DNA of 24,609 nucleotides from an uncultured Clostridia bacterium (GTDB lineage Bacteria; Bacillota; Clostridia; Oscillospirales; Ruminococcaceae): NCBI GenBank assembly GCA_937871145.1, contig CALMXN010000117.1, positions 1 to 24,609 of the forward strand, read 5' to 3'. Shown piece by piece: positions 22,891 to 24,609 of this stretch (position 1 is its first letter; each line of letters starts with the position of its first letter). The notes under the pieces were generated by a model. It saw only the letters and a program-made list of their open reading frames with translations, ran no database searches and was not told where the DNA came from. The position numbers and the translations under genes were made by a program.

Positions 22891-23967
22891 TTGGCAGGTT
22901 CATCAGCAGGTGAAAAAACCGAAAAAGCCACCCCCAAACGTAAAAAGGACGAACGAAAGAAAGGTAACGTCTTCTCGAGTAACGATTTTGCGTCAGCCCT
23001 TTTTATTGTAGTAATGTTTTTAACTTTAAGAATATTCTCAAACTCCATATATAGAAATCTTGCCCAAGGAATAATAAGCTTTATAAATATGTCGGGCAAG
23101 TATACAGAGCTTTCACAGGAAACTGTTAATTATGTTTTCAGGAACGCAATGAAGATTGTATTTACTGTTGCAGGTCCTGCATTTATAGTGGGAGTTCTTG
23201 CACCCATAATCTTCACTGGTATTCAGACAAGATTTATGTTTTCTATGGAAGCAGTCAAGCCGAAATTTTCAAGACTGAATCCATTGTCAGGGTTTAAAAA
23301 GCTTTTCTCAATGAGGGCAATAGTCGACCTTGTCAAGAACCTCATCAAGCTTGCAATAATATCGGCTATTATCTATTCACAGATAAAAAGCAGACTTGTT
23401 GAGATAATCAACTTTTTTGATATTGATCCTAAGGTTGCAATAGTTTACTTATGCTCTTCAGTTTATTCAGCTGTTATGACCATCTCAATAATTTTTATAT
23501 TCGTCGGCATACTGGACTACGGTTATCAGTGGTGGGAATATGAAAAGAACTTAAAGATGACCAAGCAGGAAATCAAGGAAGAATACAAGCAGATGGAAGG
23601 TGACCCTCAGATTAAGGGCAAGATAAGACAGAAGCAGAGGGAAATGGCTCAAGCTCGTATGATGGCTGATGTTCCGAATGCCGATGTTGTTATCAGGAAC
23701 CCAACCCATTTTGCTGTTGCTATAAAATATGACCCAGAAAAGAACCGCGCACCTCTTGTTCTCGCAAAGGGAGCAGACTTAATAGCTTTTAAAATTATTG
23801 AAGTTGCCTCAAAGCATGATATTACACTAACAGAAAACAGACCACTTGCGAGAGCATTATATGACGCTGTTGAGATAGGTCAGGAAATTCCTGAGGAATT
23901 CTATCACGAGGTTGCTGAAATTCTCGCATTCGTATATGACTTGAAAAATAAGAAGCTTGAATATTAA
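22891..23967 (+). CDS. flhB: Flagellar export protein FlhB
   Basis: EKTEKATPKRK, KMTKQEIKEEYKQMEGDPQIK, NPTH autocleavage site; TTG start. Confidence 0.97.
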   Translation: MAGSSAGEKTEKATPKRKKDERKKGNVFSSNDFASALFIVVMFLTLRIFSNSIYRNLAQGIISFINMSGKYTELSQETVNYVFRNAMKIVFTVAGPAFIVGVLAPIIFTGIQTRFMFSMEAVKPKFSRLNPLSGFKKLFSMRAIVDLVKNLIKLAIISAIIYSQIKSRLVEIINFFDIDPKVAIVYLCSSVYSAVMTISIIFIFVGILDYGYQWWEYEKNLKMTKQEIKEEYKQMEGDPQIKGKIRQKQREMAQARMMADVPNADVVIRNPTHFAVAIKYDPEKNRAPLVLAKGADLIAFKIIEVASKHDITLTENRPLARALYDAVEIGQEIPEEFYHEVAEILAFVYDLKNKKLEY

Positions 23968-23998
23968 CAGCTTATCCAAATAAATCGGGAGGAAATAA

Positions 23999-24609
23999 AT
24001 GAATTATCTGAAGAATTCATTTTCGTTGATAATTGTATTAGTTGTAATAATGATTATCATTCCTCTCCCACCAGCACTTCTTGACGTAGGACTTATAATT
24101 AACATCACATTATCGCTCATTATTTTGCTTACCACGATGTATATAAAGGATACACTCGAGTTTTCAATTTTCCCTTCACTATTGCTTATCACAACATTAT
24201 TCAGGCTTTCACTGAATGTTTCCTCAACACGACTTATTCTTGGAAACGGCGGTAATGCCGGAAGCGTAATCAAGACTTTCGGTCAGTTCGTTATGCAGGG
24301 TAACGCTGTTGTCGGATTTATCATCTTCATAATCATCGTTATCGTACAGTTTATTGTTATCACAAAGGGTGCTGAAAGAGTTGCCGAAGTATCAGCAAGA
24401 TTTACTCTTGACGCTATGCCTGGTAAGCAGATGGCTATTGATGCCGACCTTAATTCAGGAACCATTGATGAAGCAACCGCAAGAGTAAGACGCATAAATG
24501 TTCAGCGTGAAGCTGACTTCTACGGAGCTATGGACGGTGCCTCCAAGTTTGTAAAAGGTGATGCGATTATATCAATTATCGTTGCCTTTATAAACTTAAT
24601 AGGTGGAGC
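23999..24609 (+). CDS. flhA: Flagellar export protein FlhA (5' partial, runs off the window)
   Basis: Read manually from ATG 23999 (GGAGG RBS): [83 protein letters not shown]. Absent from the ORF track because there is no stop codon. Confidence 0.97.
   Translation, partial: MNYLKNSFSLIIVLVVIMIIIPLPPALLDVGLIINITLSLIILLTTMYIKDTLEFSIFPSLLLITTLFRLSLNVSSTRLILGNGGNAGSVIKTFGQFVMQGNAVVGFIIFIIIVIVQFIVITKGAERVAEVSARFTLDAMPGKQMAIDADLNSGTIDEATARVRRINVQREADFYGAMDGASKFVKGDAIISIIVAFINLIGG

Noticed and set aside
1-24609. CRISPR arrays, tRNA/rRNA genes, IS or prophage elements
   Set aside because: No spaced direct repeats, cloverleaf or rRNA signatures, transposase, integrase or phage genes were seen.

Overview
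AT-rich Clostridia-type (Ruminococcaceae/Oscillospiraceae-like, spore-forming) chromosomal window. Left part (1-5372): membrane hypothetical gene, spoIIP, a convergent two-gene operon (permuted papain-like amidase plus membrane protein), and a PilZ - Soj/ParA - ComFB three-gene unit. Right part (5614 to end): a sigma-A-driven flagellar operon flgB-flgC-fliE-fliF-fliG-fliH-fliI-fliJ-fliK-flgD-(TIGR02530-type gene)-flgE-flbD-motA-motB-fliM-fliY-cheY-fliO(frameshifted)-fliP-fliQ-fliR-flhB-flhA(partial). No rRNA, tRNA, CRISPR or mobile element was seen. Two candidate undescribed systems stand out. (1) The 145-nt spacer before flgE folds into four hairpins, one a box C/D K-loop. It lies directly behind a function-unknown gene whose product has a DUF4258/colicin-E5-like RNase signature and an early flagellar export motif, suggesting post-transcriptional control of hook synthesis. 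(2) The PilZ-ParA-ComFB unit directly upstream of flgB couples two c-di-GMP-receptor-family proteins to an orphan ParA. Also noted: Na+ (possibly K+) type stator residues, a probable ATA start codon, a fliO frameshift and a 12-mer shared upstream of motA and motB. Family assignments rest on motif recognition from memory; no database search was run.
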